In this document: in pieces, positions 18,590-27,477 of the stretch
Position numbering within the stretch: position 1 is the first letter of the stretch
How the letters are laid out: each line of letters begins with the position of its first letter
From: Simkania sp.
GTDB taxonomy: Bacteria > Chlamydiota > Chlamydiia > Chlamydiales > Rhabdochlamydiaceae
Direction: 5' to 3'
Assembly (NCBI GenBank): GCA_018333475.1
Contig: JAGXTH010000021.1
Span: 4,723-68,722 of the forward strand
Length of the DNA stretch: 64,000 bases
Notes under the pieces: generated by a model
Databases searched by the model: none
Told to the model about the DNA's origin: nothing
What the model saw: only the letters and a program-made list of their open reading frames with translations
Position numbers and translations under genes: made by a program

Positions 18590-19978
18590 ATGAGCGGCCC
18601 TAAGGTTGTACGAGTTGTTACCAAACAAGAAGTGATGTCCATTTGCAGAGGCCGAATCGATGCTCTCCAGGATGCGATCGAGCAATGGCGTAAATATGCA
18701 TCTCGATATGACGCTCTAACAGCAGAAGAAGAGAAAGCCGTAGAAAAGAGGCTTTTTGCCGTCACCAAAATGTTCGAACGTGAGCAGTTTCTAGACGTAC
18801 AAAAACAATGCTCTGTCGAGATTGCATCCCTCCAATCTGACATGAATCGAATACGAGACGAGGCTATTGCTAAGGCAGAGCAAGAACGTACCATGAGAAG
18901 ACGTCTCCAATATTCCGCAGAAACCCTTATCTCGACATTCAAATCCATACAGAAGCAAATCCCTGAGTCCCTCTTACACATTGCATCATCATCTCTCAAT
19001 GCCACTGAAGCTGAATTGGCTACAATGAACGCAACCTTAAGTCGAATACTAACCGAATACACTATGAGCTCGCCTGACCAAAAGAGCATGACTCCTTTAC
19101 AAAAAGAGCTCTCAAAGAAGTTGGCAGAAGGGGAGAAGCTTCAAACGCTTGCGGATTGGAAAGTCCACCATGAAGATGTCAAATCTCTAGAGAAAGATCA
19201 TCGATTGGATAAGCTTATCGCAGAGCTAGAAGCGACTGAAGATAAGTCCTCAGTCAAACCCTTTCTGGATCGCATCGCCTCAATCTCCCAAGAATCATCA
19301 GCGAATAGACGTTCTCTTCTAACTGATTCTCTCATTTTGGATCTGGTTGCTCACTCCAATGAAAGAAAAGACAAAGAGAAAGCAATCGTCTCCATGAGAG
19401 AGATTCGCAGTGAGCTGCATAGGCTTAAATCCAAGAAGGCCAAAAATCTTGAAGCGTTACTCACAAAGGCTATTGATTCTGAAGACATCTCTTCAAGCAA
19501 ACCTCTATACAACCAGGGCCTCATCCTAATTAAGGAAGAAACAAAAGCTATGGCAGGGGAGTCGAGAAGAACAGCGATTCTTAAAGGACTGTCTGAACTA
19601 GGCTATGAGGTTCGAGAGAATATGGCTACAGCATGGGCAGAAAATGGTCGCATAGTTGTTAGAAAACCTAACGAGAAAGGGTATGGTGTCGAGTTAGGAG
19701 CTGTTGAGGATGCCGAAAGAGTGCAAGTTCAGCTGGTTTCCTTTGAGCAGGCTTCCGATGCCTCTAAAGCTTCGCAAGATAGGGATAGGGAAACTATTTG
19801 GTGCTCAGAGTTTTCCCGTCTCCAGTCTCTGCTAGAAAAGTCTGGGACATCTTTGCATATTGAAAAAGCCCTGCCGGTTGGCGCTAAACCTTTGAAGCAT
19901 GTTCAAGAATCGGCAACAATTCCAGGTCGAGAAGGAAGGTCTAAAGAGTCTGCTCCTAAAAGGAAAATGCACGACTAA
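18590..19978 (+). CDS. Hypothetical coiled-coil-rich protein (fourth gene of the operon)
   Basis: 462-aa ORF starting 6 nt after the giant gene's stop. Charged heptad-like sequence; no catalytic motif or TM segment recognised. Confidence 0.6.
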   Translation: MSGPKVVRVVTKQEVMSICRGRIDALQDAIEQWRKYASRYDALTAEEEKAVEKRLFAVTKMFEREQFLDVQKQCSVEIASLQSDMNRIRDEAIAKAEQERTMRRRLQYSAETLISTFKSIQKQIPESLLHIASSSLNATEAELATMNATLSRILTEYTMSSPDQKSMTPLQKELSKKLAEGEKLQTLADWKVHHEDVKSLEKDHRLDKLIAELEATEDKSSVKPFLDRIASISQESSANRRSLLTDSLILDLVAHSNERKDKEKAIVSMREIRSELHRLKSKKAKNLEALLTKAIDSEDISSSKPLYNQGLILIKEETKAMAGESRRTAILKGLSELGYEVRENMATAWAENGRIVVRKPNEKGYGVELGAVEDAERVQVQLVSFEQASDASKASQDRDRETIWCSEFSRLQSLLEKSGTSLHIEKALPVGAKPLKHVQESATIPGREGRSKESAPKRKMHD

Positions 19979-20010
19979 AGATACCTGTGAATGGTGCTAG
20001 AAAGACTAAA

Positions 20011-20250
20011 CTATTTTGTCTCGTCGGGTTCTAATTCTGATGGTATGGAATATTCATCCACTTTTTTGATTGGAAATATAGTGTAGGTTTTAAGATCTAC
20101 CTCATGCTCTTTTCGAATGAAATCATTGGATAAACTGAGATTTTTGGACATGCCATATGCCTCATGAATATTATCCGCTTCTACATAAGCGATATGTTCG
20201 ACTAATTGATAATATCTCACTCGGTATGTTGGCATAAGAACCCCTAACAA
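20011..20250 (-). CDS. Small hypothetical protein
   Basis: 79-aa ORF convergent with the operon. No homology recognised; coding status uncertain. Confidence 0.3.
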   Translation of the reverse strand: MLGVLMPTYRVRYYQLVEHIAYVEADNIHEAYGMSKNLSLSNDFIRKEHEVDLKTYTIFPIKKVDEYSIPSELEPDETK

Positions 20251-20537
20251 TTATAAAAATTACCGCGAAAAGAATGAAAGAAAGAACCTTTCTATGAAAG
20301 CTCCTATCTTTCTCTGTCTACCAGATCTTGTGAGAGGAATGCCGATTCGTCTTGAAATTCTAGCCTTAAAGGCTGAAATGCCGAAGAAACGTCTCCAAGA
20401 AAATCCACCGCGATTCATTTGTTTAATTCCGCATAAACAATCATTTCGAAGTAGATTATATGTTAATGCATGATAAACAACAATCTGTTTATTATTTGTT
20501 TTTATTTTTAAAATAATTAATTTATTAAAAAATAGAT

Positions 20538-21623
20538 TTAGCTAAACAACTTTTTATTTAGAGATTCGGATAGAATGCGGATATGCATACTAGAAAGATG
20601 GGCATACCTCTTGGTCATTTGGACAGTTTTGTGGCCGAGGAGGGTTCCAATTTCAAGCAAACTGGCTTGATTCATAGCTAGATAAGAAGCCGCTGTATGG
20701 CGGAGATCATGAAATCGAAAGTTGGAAATATTTGCTTTTTCGAGCGCAGTTTCCCACGCAGAGCGAATATCGATCGGCTTTGATGAGGAATGCGGAGCAG
20801 GGAATACAAGAGAATTTGAAGGCTGGTTAGAATGTCGGGATCTGAGCAGATCTAGGGCTATTCCAACAAGAGGAACAAAGCGACGTTCCCCGTTTTTGGT
20901 AGTCTGCAAATGAATCGCTCCTCGATCTAAATCGACATCGCACCACTTGAGATTGAGGATTTCGCCGCGCCTCATTCCTGTTGAAAGAGCTAGTATAACA
21001 ACAGGGTAGAGTCCTTTTGATTCGCTCTCTTGGCAAGCTCTGATGAGTCGCATTCTTTCTTCATCGCTCAAGAAACGAGTCCGTTCATTTGAAATTTTTG
21101 GTTTAGAGATCTTCAGGACGGGATTTTCTTGGATCCATTCCCAATCTCTTACAGCAACAGAAAAGGCATGAGACAGACTCGCTAGATAGCGAACGACGGT
21201 AGTAGGAGATCGAGGCTTGTTTTTGCATGTGGGATTTGAAAGAAGATCGTCGCGTTTTTGTGAGATCAGATTGGGCTTGATATCTGAGAGGAGATAGCTT
21301 CCAAGCTCTTGTTTCCACCAGAGAAGATGCTGGCGTACATTGCGAGCGTTTTTTGGTTTGGTAGGTAAAACTTTTTCGATATAGCGATCGATTAATTCAG
21401 AGAGAGTGTGTTTGCTACCTGGCTTCTCATAAGTAAAGATGCCGCGCTCTATGGCTGATTCGGTATCGCGTTTCCATTTCATGGCTAGAGTTTTGGAAGC
21501 GAATGATTGGATGATTACTGGATGTCCTTTGATGCGAACGCGGGCGCGGTAGGAAACTGTCCCGTCTTTGTGGGTGCGTTTGTCGATGCCTTTCATGAAG
21601 CTACCTTTGGTTTTAGTTTTCAA
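20538..21623 (-). CDS. Tyrosine recombinase / phage-type integrase (paralog B)
   Basis: GMRRGE...FHDLRHTAASYL...LGHKTVQMTKRYAHL catalytic signature. Adjacent to the tRNA-Met 3' fragment. Confidence 0.9.
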   Translation of the reverse strand: MKTKTKGSFMKGIDKRTHKDGTVSYRARVRIKGHPVIIQSFASKTLAMKWKRDTESAIERGIFTYEKPGSKHTLSELIDRYIEKVLPTKPKNARNVRQHLLWWKQELGSYLLSDIKPNLISQKRDDLLSNPTCKNKPRSPTTVVRYLASLSHAFSVAVRDWEWIQENPVLKISKPKISNERTRFLSDEERMRLIRACQESESKGLYPVVILALSTGMRRGEILNLKWCDVDLDRGAIHLQTTKNGERRFVPLVGIALDLLRSRHSNQPSNSLVFPAPHSSSKPIDIRSAWETALEKANISNFRFHDLRHTAASYLAMNQASLLEIGTLLGHKTVQMTKRYAHLSSMHIRILSESLNKKLFS

Positions 21624-21661
21624 AGGTTAGCTGCTGAGCTTATCGCCAATTGTTGTAGGCG

Positions 21662-21681
21662 AGTGGTCCACAAATGGTCCA
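21662..21681 (+). repeat. 20-nt direct repeat, copy 2 (AGTGGTCCACAAATGGTCCA)
   Basis: Identical to 43-62. Lies 39 nt upstream (minus-strand sense) of the integrase B start, between the integrase and the tRNA fragment. Confidence 0.8.
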
Positions 21682-21764
21682 TGGATGTGAACCGCGCTTT
21701 AGGCTGATTTGCTCGTGATTACACAAGCGCCTCAGTTTCAGCCTTATGAAACCAAGAAGAAATG

Positions 21765-21806
21765 TGGGGCAACCTGGACTTGAACCAGGGACCGACGGGT
21801 TATGAG
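21765..21806 (-). tRNA. tRNA-Met (CAU) 3' fragment (anticodon loop to acceptor end), not an intact gene; probable att site
   Basis: The minus strand reads CTCATAA-CCCGT-CGGTC-CCTGG-TTCAAGT-CCAGG-TTGCCCC-A, i.e. anticodon loop, 3' anticodon stem, variable loop, complete T arm and 3' acceptor strand. The upstream sequence (GAGGA) cannot pair with CCCGT, and no D arm or GGGGCAA 5' acceptor strand exists. Confidence 0.7.
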
Positions 21807-21891
21807 TCCTCAGGTTGTTACATTGAAGAGCTTATACTACCCCGTTTCAGGAGTAATCCCTTCCCCTTGTTAATGTGCAATTATGACATGT

Positions 21892-22833
21892 CTATTTACA
21901 CTGATTGCCAGCCCAAGCTGGCGGTGAAACCTTTCGATGGCTTAGTTCATTCCAAACGGTCACAAATGCAACCCGCTGGGCCAAGGTTCCTCCAAGCTGA
22001 CGTGCGGCAGATAGATGAGGGCGGTTACCATTAGCAGTTCCTTGTTTTAGGTAACTCATAACACCTTTTAAACCTGTTCCATTGGACATTGCTTGCATAG
22101 TAGCATTGATGCCGTGTTGTGCAACGGTAGTGCCCGCAACTGATTTCGTTAAGTCAGTGTACTTGCGCTGAGAGCTTTTGTCAGTATCGTCTAAAGCTCG
22201 GTATTGGAGTAACACGCCGGAGGCAAGACGAAGAGAGATCAGAGCTGTCGCTAGAGGAAAAAGTCTCGAGCGCATTTGAGAGCCTTTCACACCGCAACCT
22301 ATAGCTTCTGCAGCATATTCAATAGGTGCAGCTAGACCTAAAAACACAGTTGCTTCACCCAAAGATTTAGCATCTTCTTTTGAAGCGCCAAATCTCATAT
22401 ATTTGGATTGAATGGCGGGTAACACTAACGCGGCCGCTCCATACATTGCGCAAAATGCTGGCACAGTAGCAGCCGTTCCCGTTATCCCTCGAAGCGCTGC
22501 CCGTGTGATATGCTGATGAATGGGAAGCCCTGATGAGTGGATGAAGTGATACATGCCATAGAACACTGGCGACGATGCAATTACGTTCACACCACTTTGA
22601 TAGTTATTCCAAAGAGATGTGCGTATGTCATTTTCGCTCACTCGATCGGTATTGATGCATTGATTGGCAATAGCCACATAGCGACGAACTAGTGATTCTT
22701 TTTGTTGGTCATCTGCAAGTTCGGAAATCATCCAACTTCCAAAGAGCAAGCCTGTGCCGACTTTTACCAGAGGAGTGAATTCGGCAGCCAAAGAATTTTT
22801 TGCTGAAGCCCAAATTGGTTTAAGGATCGACAT
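21892..22833 (-). CDS. Hypothetical protein, probably membrane-associated
   Basis: 313-aa ORF with several hydrophobic Gly/Ala-rich stretches. No family recognised. Confidence 0.45.
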   Translation of the reverse strand: MSILKPIWASAKNSLAAEFTPLVKVGTGLLFGSWMISELADDQQKESLVRRYVAIANQCINTDRVSENDIRTSLWNNYQSGVNVIASSPVFYGMYHFIHSSGLPIHQHITRAALRGITGTAATVPAFCAMYGAAALVLPAIQSKYMRFGASKEDAKSLGEATVFLGLAAPIEYAAEAIGCGVKGSQMRSRLFPLATALISLRLASGVLLQYRALDDTDKSSQRKYTDLTKSVAGTTVAQHGINATMQAMSNGTGLKGVMSYLKQGTANGNRPHLSAARQLGGTLAQRVAFVTVWNELSHRKVSPPAWAGNQCK

Positions 22834-22879
22834 TTTAAATCTCCTAATAAATGCTAATCTATTTCATGGATCCATTGAT

Positions 22880-23491
22880 TTAGCGATTACCATAGCACCA
22901 ACAACTGGTGAGGTGATCATTGACTAACCCAACTGCTTGCATATAGGCATACATAATTGTGGAGCCTACAAAGGTCATTCCCCGATGTTTCAGACTTTTT
23001 GATAAAGCATCACTTTCAGGTGTTGTTGTGGGTACATCTTGAAATTGTCGCCAATGGTTGATAATTGGCCTTCCATGCACAAAACCCCAGATATACCGAT
23101 CAAAGGAGCCAAATTCTTGCTGAATGTTGAGAAAAACCTTAGCATTCTGGCGAGCACTATAGATCTTTAATCGATTTCGAATGATGCCTGGATTATGTCG
23201 TAGAGCCTCTAGTGCGTCATCGCTCATAGATGCAACTTTCACTGGATCGAACTGATGAAAGGCTGTACGATAACCCTCTCTCCTTTTAAGAATGGTTTCC
23301 CAATTTAAACCTGCTTGAGCACCTTCAAGGATGAGCATTTCAAACAACTTCTGATCGTCATGCACAGGAATACTCCATTCACAATCATGATATTGTGCAT
23401 ATAACTCTTTACCAAGTCCTTCGCCGAAACACCGTTTTTTTTCATCTAATTTAAGCATGCTCATTTCTTTCTCTGTAATATCCGTTAACAA
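22880..23491 (-). CDS. tag: DNA-3-methyladenine glycosylase I
   Basis: Collinear similarity to E. coli Tag as I remember it: YHDxEWxxP, KLFEMLxLEGxQAGLxW, FHQFDPVKVA, SDALSKxLKxRGxxFVG, GLVNDH. The real start is probably an internal Met (MSMLKL, about 23461). Confidence 0.85.
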   Translation of the reverse strand: MLTDITEKEMSMLKLDEKKRCFGEGLGKELYAQYHDCEWSIPVHDDQKLFEMLILEGAQAGLNWETILKRREGYRTAFHQFDPVKVASMSDDALEALRHNPGIIRNRLKIYSARQNAKVFLNIQQEFGSFDRYIWGFVHGRPIINHWRQFQDVPTTTPESDALSKSLKHRGMTFVGSTIMYAYMQAVGLVNDHLTSCWCYGNR

Positions 23492-23558
23492 GAGACCCCT
23501 GGAAACACGCCCAGAAGACGAATAGGCGCCTCAGTTCCTCTGGTCTTAATAGGCATAA

Positions 23559-23759
23559 CAAAAGAATATCCGCTTTCATGACCTTCGACACACAGCCGCT
23601 TCCTACTTGGCCATGAATCAAGCGAGTCTGCTAGAGATCGGAACTCTGCTCGGCCACAAAACCGTCCAAATGACCAAGCGGTACGCCCATCTCTCCAATG
23701 CACACATGTATTCCACAACCGTAGCGCTGAATGAGAAATTGTTTAACAGCAGAAAATAA
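23559..23759 (+). pseudogene. Integrase C-terminal remnant (last about 60 codons only)
   Basis: Translates to QKNIRFHDLRHTAASYLAMNQASLLEIGTLLGHKTVQMTKRYAHLSNAHM..., near-identical in protein to the end of integrase B. It is preceded by an in-frame TAA (23556-23558) with no N-terminal part. Confidence 0.8.
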
Positions 23760-23838
23760 ATATAATAGAAAAAATTTAAAGATAAAGATATTTTGCGAGA
23801 AGGGAGCCTCTACATAATAGCAGAGCTATGGACAAGAA

Positions 23839-26532
23839 ATGCCAGCAGAGAAGAAGCTGTGGTGGAGTTCTTCCACAGAACAAACCTACAAGGAACTAGA
23901 TACCGATCCAAAACAAGGATTGTCCTCTGCTGCTATAAAGATAAGATTAGAAAGTTACGGTTTCAATGAGTTACCAGAACCCAAACCCCCTTCCCCATTT
24001 AAACTTTTTCTAAATCAATTTTCCAGTTTCATCGTATGGGTTTTGATTGTCGCAGCTGCCATTGCTGGGATTCTTGGTGAATGGATAGATGCAATAGCGA
24101 TTCTCGTTATCGTTATTCTCAATGCAATCATAGGATTTGTCCAAGAAATTAATGCAGAACGCTCCCTCGCTGCGCTGAAAAAGCTAGCAACTCCAACGTG
24201 TAAAGTGATCCGTGATGGGGTTCTACAGACAGTTCTCTCAAGAGAAATTGTCCCTGGAGATCTTACTTTATTAGAAGCTGGCGATCTGATTCCAGCAGAT
24301 GGAAGAGTCATTCAATCTGTTCAGCTCTCCACTCAAGAAGCATCTCTTACAGGGGAATCTTTGCCTATTCATAAAATGACCAATCCGCTTGCGAAGAGAG
24401 AATTACCCATTGGCGATCAAAAAAACATGGCCTTTATGGGAACAGTTGTCCTTAGCGGTAAAGGACACATGATAGTGACAACGACAGGATTAAATACGGA
24501 ACTTGGAAAGATCGCTTCTCTATTAAGTGAGCACAAAGAAGAACAAACTCCTTTGCAAATTCGCTTAGCCGGATTAGGACGTCGGTTGGTTTTTCTATGC
24601 CTTGGAATTGTTGCGAGTGTCTTTATTTTGGGGATAGTCCAAGGAAATTCTTTTCTTAATATCCTTTTAATAGCAACAAGTCTGGCTGTTGCTGCTGTAC
24701 CAGAAGGACTCTCCGCTATTGTAACCATTGCGCTTGCTATCAGCGTTCGAAAAATGGCTAAGCGTAAAGCGCTGATTCGCCATCTTCCCTCAGTTGAAAC
24801 ACTCGGATGTGCTTCTGTGATCTGTACCGACAAAACAGGGACTCTAACGAAGAATGAAATGAGCGTAAGAAAAATATGGGTCAGTCAAGAACAGATTGAT
24901 GTTTCGGGTGTGGGGTATGCGCCTGAAGGAAATTTCGAATTAAAGTCGCAAACCATTTCCCTTGCAGACTTTCCTGAATTAAAGCGTCTTCTTGAGACGG
25001 GAATATTATGTAATAACGCCAATCTCACACATACGGAACAAGGCTGGCAAATTACTGGCGATCCTACAGAAGGCGCTTTGATCGTTGCTGCAGAAAAAGG
25101 AGGAATAAAAAAGAAGGAACTTGAGACCAGAAATCCTCTTCTTGGGGAGATTCCTTTTGATTCTGAGCGAAAACGGGTGAGTGTCCTTAGACGGACCTCT
25201 GATGGAAATGTTCTTTTTGTTAAGGGTGCGCCTGATTTAGTTCTAAACCGTTGCCAAACAGTTCTCATTAGAAGCGGAAAAGTATCGCTTACACCTTTTC
25301 TTAAACAAGAAATTCTGAATAGCAATCATGATTTCGCGACTGGGGCGTTGAGAGTGTTAGCCATGGCCTATCGAGACATTGAGTCTGACAAGAGCATAGA
25401 AGAATCCATGGAAAACAATCTCACCTTTGTTGGCCTTGTTGCCATGATGGATCCTCCAAGAGAGGAAGTTAAACAAGCGGTTCAAACCTGCATGAAAGCG
25501 GGTATCCTTCCCGTGATGATCACAGGCGATCATAAAGATACAGCGGAGGCCATAGCCAAAGAGTTAGGATTAATGATGGAAGGAAATCTCGCGATTAGTG
25601 GAGTAGAGCTTCAACAGATGAGCGATGAGCAGCTAAAAAAATCTCTTCGAGATATTCGTATTTATGCACGTGTTTCAGCAGAACATAAATTACGTATTGT
25701 GCGGATGTGGAGAAGTCTGGGAGAGATTGTCGCAGTAACGGGCGATGGCGTGAACGATGCTCCTGCGATTAAGGAGGGAGATATTGGGATAGCAATGGGG
25801 ATTAAGGGAACTGATGTCACAAAAGAAGCTGCCGACATGATTATCACTGATGATAATTTTGCTTCCATTGTTAATGCAGTAGAAGAGGGAAGAGGAATTT
25901 ATGATAATATTATTAAATTCGTTAACTATTTGCTTTCTTCGAATATTGCTGAACTCATGGTCATTTTTGCAGGAATGGCGATTGGGTTTAAAGATCCTGC
26001 CGGAAATCCTTTCGTCTCTTTATCTGCAGTCCAACTTTTGCTCTTAAATCTTGTCACGGATGGTTTTCCAGCCATTGCTTTAGGGATGGATCCTGTCGAT
26101 CCAAAAGCGATGGAAAGGCTACCCAGAAAATCAAGTGAACCTATTTTGTCGTCTCGGTTTTCCGTACAGCTAGTATTAATCAGTAGTACCATTGCTGCGG
26201 GTACACTTATCGCTTGCCATTTTGGATTGCGCACCAGCGCAGCTTTAGCGCAAACCATGGCATTTACGACTCTTGTCGTATTAGAACTTGTTCGAGTTCA
26301 AATGGTACGCTCTCAATACCACATCGGTTTTTTTTCCAATAAATGGATCGTTGGAGCATTGGTGAGTTCACTACTTGTTCAGCTGATGATTGTTTATCTT
26401 CCCCCATTGCAGAAAGTCTTTGGAACGGTTGGATTAGGATTAACAGAATGGGGCGTTATTGCCATTGTGGCTTTTGGTGTAGGAATGGGCGGATATGTGA
26501 TTAATCGAATATTTCGGAAAAGGCAAGCATGA
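23839..26532 (+). CDS. Cation-transporting P-type ATPase (P2A, Ca2+/SERCA-like type)
   Basis: CTDKTGTLT phosphorylation site, PEGL(S)[18 protein letters not shown] and [11 protein letters not shown] motifs. About 10 TM segments; length 897 aa. Confidence 0.88.
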   Translation: MPAEKKLWWSSSTEQTYKELDTDPKQGLSSAAIKIRLESYGFNELPEPKPPSPFKLFLNQFSSFIVWVLIVAAAIAGILGEWIDAIAILVIVILNAIIGFVQEINAERSLAALKKLATPTCKVIRDGVLQTVLSREIVPGDLTLLEAGDLIPADGRVIQSVQLSTQEASLTGESLPIHKMTNPLAKRELPIGDQKNMAFMGTVVLSGKGHMIVTTTGLNTELGKIASLLSEHKEEQTPLQIRLAGLGRRLVFLCLGIVASVFILGIVQGNSFLNILLIATSLAVAAVPEGLSAIVTIALAISVRKMAKRKALIRHLPSVETLGCASVICTDKTGTLTKNEMSVRKIWVSQEQIDVSGVGYAPEGNFELKSQTISLADFPELKRLLETGILCNNANLTHTEQGWQITGDPTEGALIVAAEKGGIKKKELETRNPLLGEIPFDSERKRVSVLRRTSDGNVLFVKGAPDLVLNRCQTVLIRSGKVSLTPFLKQEILNSNHDFATGALRVLAMAYRDIESDKSIEESMENNLTFVGLVAMMDPPREEVKQAVQTCMKAGILPVMITGDHKDTAEAIAKELGLMMEGNLAISGVELQQMSDEQLKKSLRDIRIYARVSAEHKLRIVRMWRSLGEIVAVTGDGVNDAPAIKEGDIGIAMGIKGTDVTKEAADMIITDDNFASIVNAVEEGRGIYDNIIKFVNYLLSSNIAELMVIFAGMAIGFKDPAGNPFVSLSAVQLLLLNLVTDGFPAIALGMDPVDPKAMERLPRKSSEPILSSRFSVQLVLISSTIAAGTLIACHFGLRTSAALAQTMAFTTLVVLELVRVQMVRSQYHIGFFSNKWIVGALVSSLLVQLMIVYLPPLQKVFGTVGLGLTEWGVIAIVAFGVGMGGYVINRIFRKRQA

Positions 26533-27477
26533 ACAACCAAGCAAAAATCGCTTATTTCTCAATCGAGATTGCCATAGCAGAAAACATCCCCACTTACATT
26601 GGGGGCTTAGGAGTATTAGCAGGGGATACTATCTTTGCAGCCCTAAACCTTAAAGTTCCAATGGTTGCAGTTACCCTGCTCTACCGAAAAGGTTACTGTA
26701 ATCAAAAATTGGACTCCAATGGATGGCAATACGAAGAGCCCGTTGAATGGGTTATTGAAAATTTTCTACAGGAGTTGCCAAAGCGAATTAAGGTGGATAT
26801 CGATAACCGCATTGTCTATGTAAGAGCATGGAAGTATGAAATAAAGTCATCCACTGCTTTTAGTATTCCCAGCTTCTTTTTAGATACTAACCTTCCTGAG
26901 AATAGCGAGGGTGATAGGGCTTTAAGCGATTATCTTTATGGTGGGGATCAATATGATCGTCTATGTCAAGAAGTGGTTTTGGGGATAGGTGGTGTGAGAA
27001 TGCTTAAAGCATTAGGGTATCAGCATATAGATCGTTTTCATATGAATGAAGGCCACTCATATCGTTGATCTCGAAAATTACGATTTAGAGCTTGCAAAAC
27101 TGGTCACTAGTGGAGTTGATCTTTGGCTAAACACTCCCCAAACTCCTATGGAAGCATCTGGAACAAGTGGAATGAAAGCGGCTCTAAATGGAGTACCATC
27201 CTTAAGCATTTTAGATGGGTGGTGGATAGAAGGATGCATTGGGGGGATTACCGGTTGGTCAATTGTAGACGATAAACCAAAACATGAATCGAAAAATGAC
27301 ACGCGAGAGGATGCTTATTGGCTCTATGAAAATCTTGAGAAAGTGATCGTTCCGATGTTTTATAAAGAAAGAGAAAAGTTTATTTCTGTCATGCAACATT
27401 GCATCGCATTGAATTGGTCTTTTTTCAATAGTCAAAGACTGTTACAACAATATGTGTTAAATGCTTATTTTAGATAA
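26529..27477 (+). pseudogene. Alpha-glucan (glycogen) phosphorylase pseudogene with large internal deletion plus frameshift
   Basis: ORF 26529-27068 encodes only the N-terminus (IAYFSIEIA...[10 protein letters not shown]...HMNEGHS). ORF 27046-27477 encodes only the C-terminus ([41 protein letters not shown]). The two are in different frames and joined at about 27058-27066. Confidence 0.75.

Larger units (their letters stand above)
43..21806. mobile_element. Integrase-associated genomic island region (probably two or more tandem or decayed integrative elements) with defence-type cargo
   Basis: Two paralogous integrases (4716-5852 plus strand, 20538-21623 minus strand), 20-nt direct repeats at both extremes, a tRNA 3' fragment at the right edge, and no housekeeping genes inside. 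Exact borders not determinable from this window. Confidence 0.55.

Noticed and set aside
1-21806. A prophage
   Set aside because: No terminase, portal, capsid, tail or lysis genes are recognisable. The content is integrases plus defence-type cargo, so it is an integrative island rather than a phage.
21765-21845. An intact tRNA-Met gene next to integrase B
   Set aside because: I wrote out the minus strand. The candidate 5' half (GGGGTAGTATAAGCTCTTCAATGTAACAACCTGAGGA) provides no D stem, no 5' anticodon-stem strand complementary to CCCGT, and only a wobble-rich pseudo-acceptor. Only the 3' 42 nt are tRNA-like.
26529-27477. Two separate small genes (179 aa and 143 aa) as suggested by the ORF track
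   Set aside because: They correspond to the extreme N- and C-terminal parts of one alpha-glucan phosphorylase. They overlap in different frames at the junction, so they are better explained as one pseudogene.
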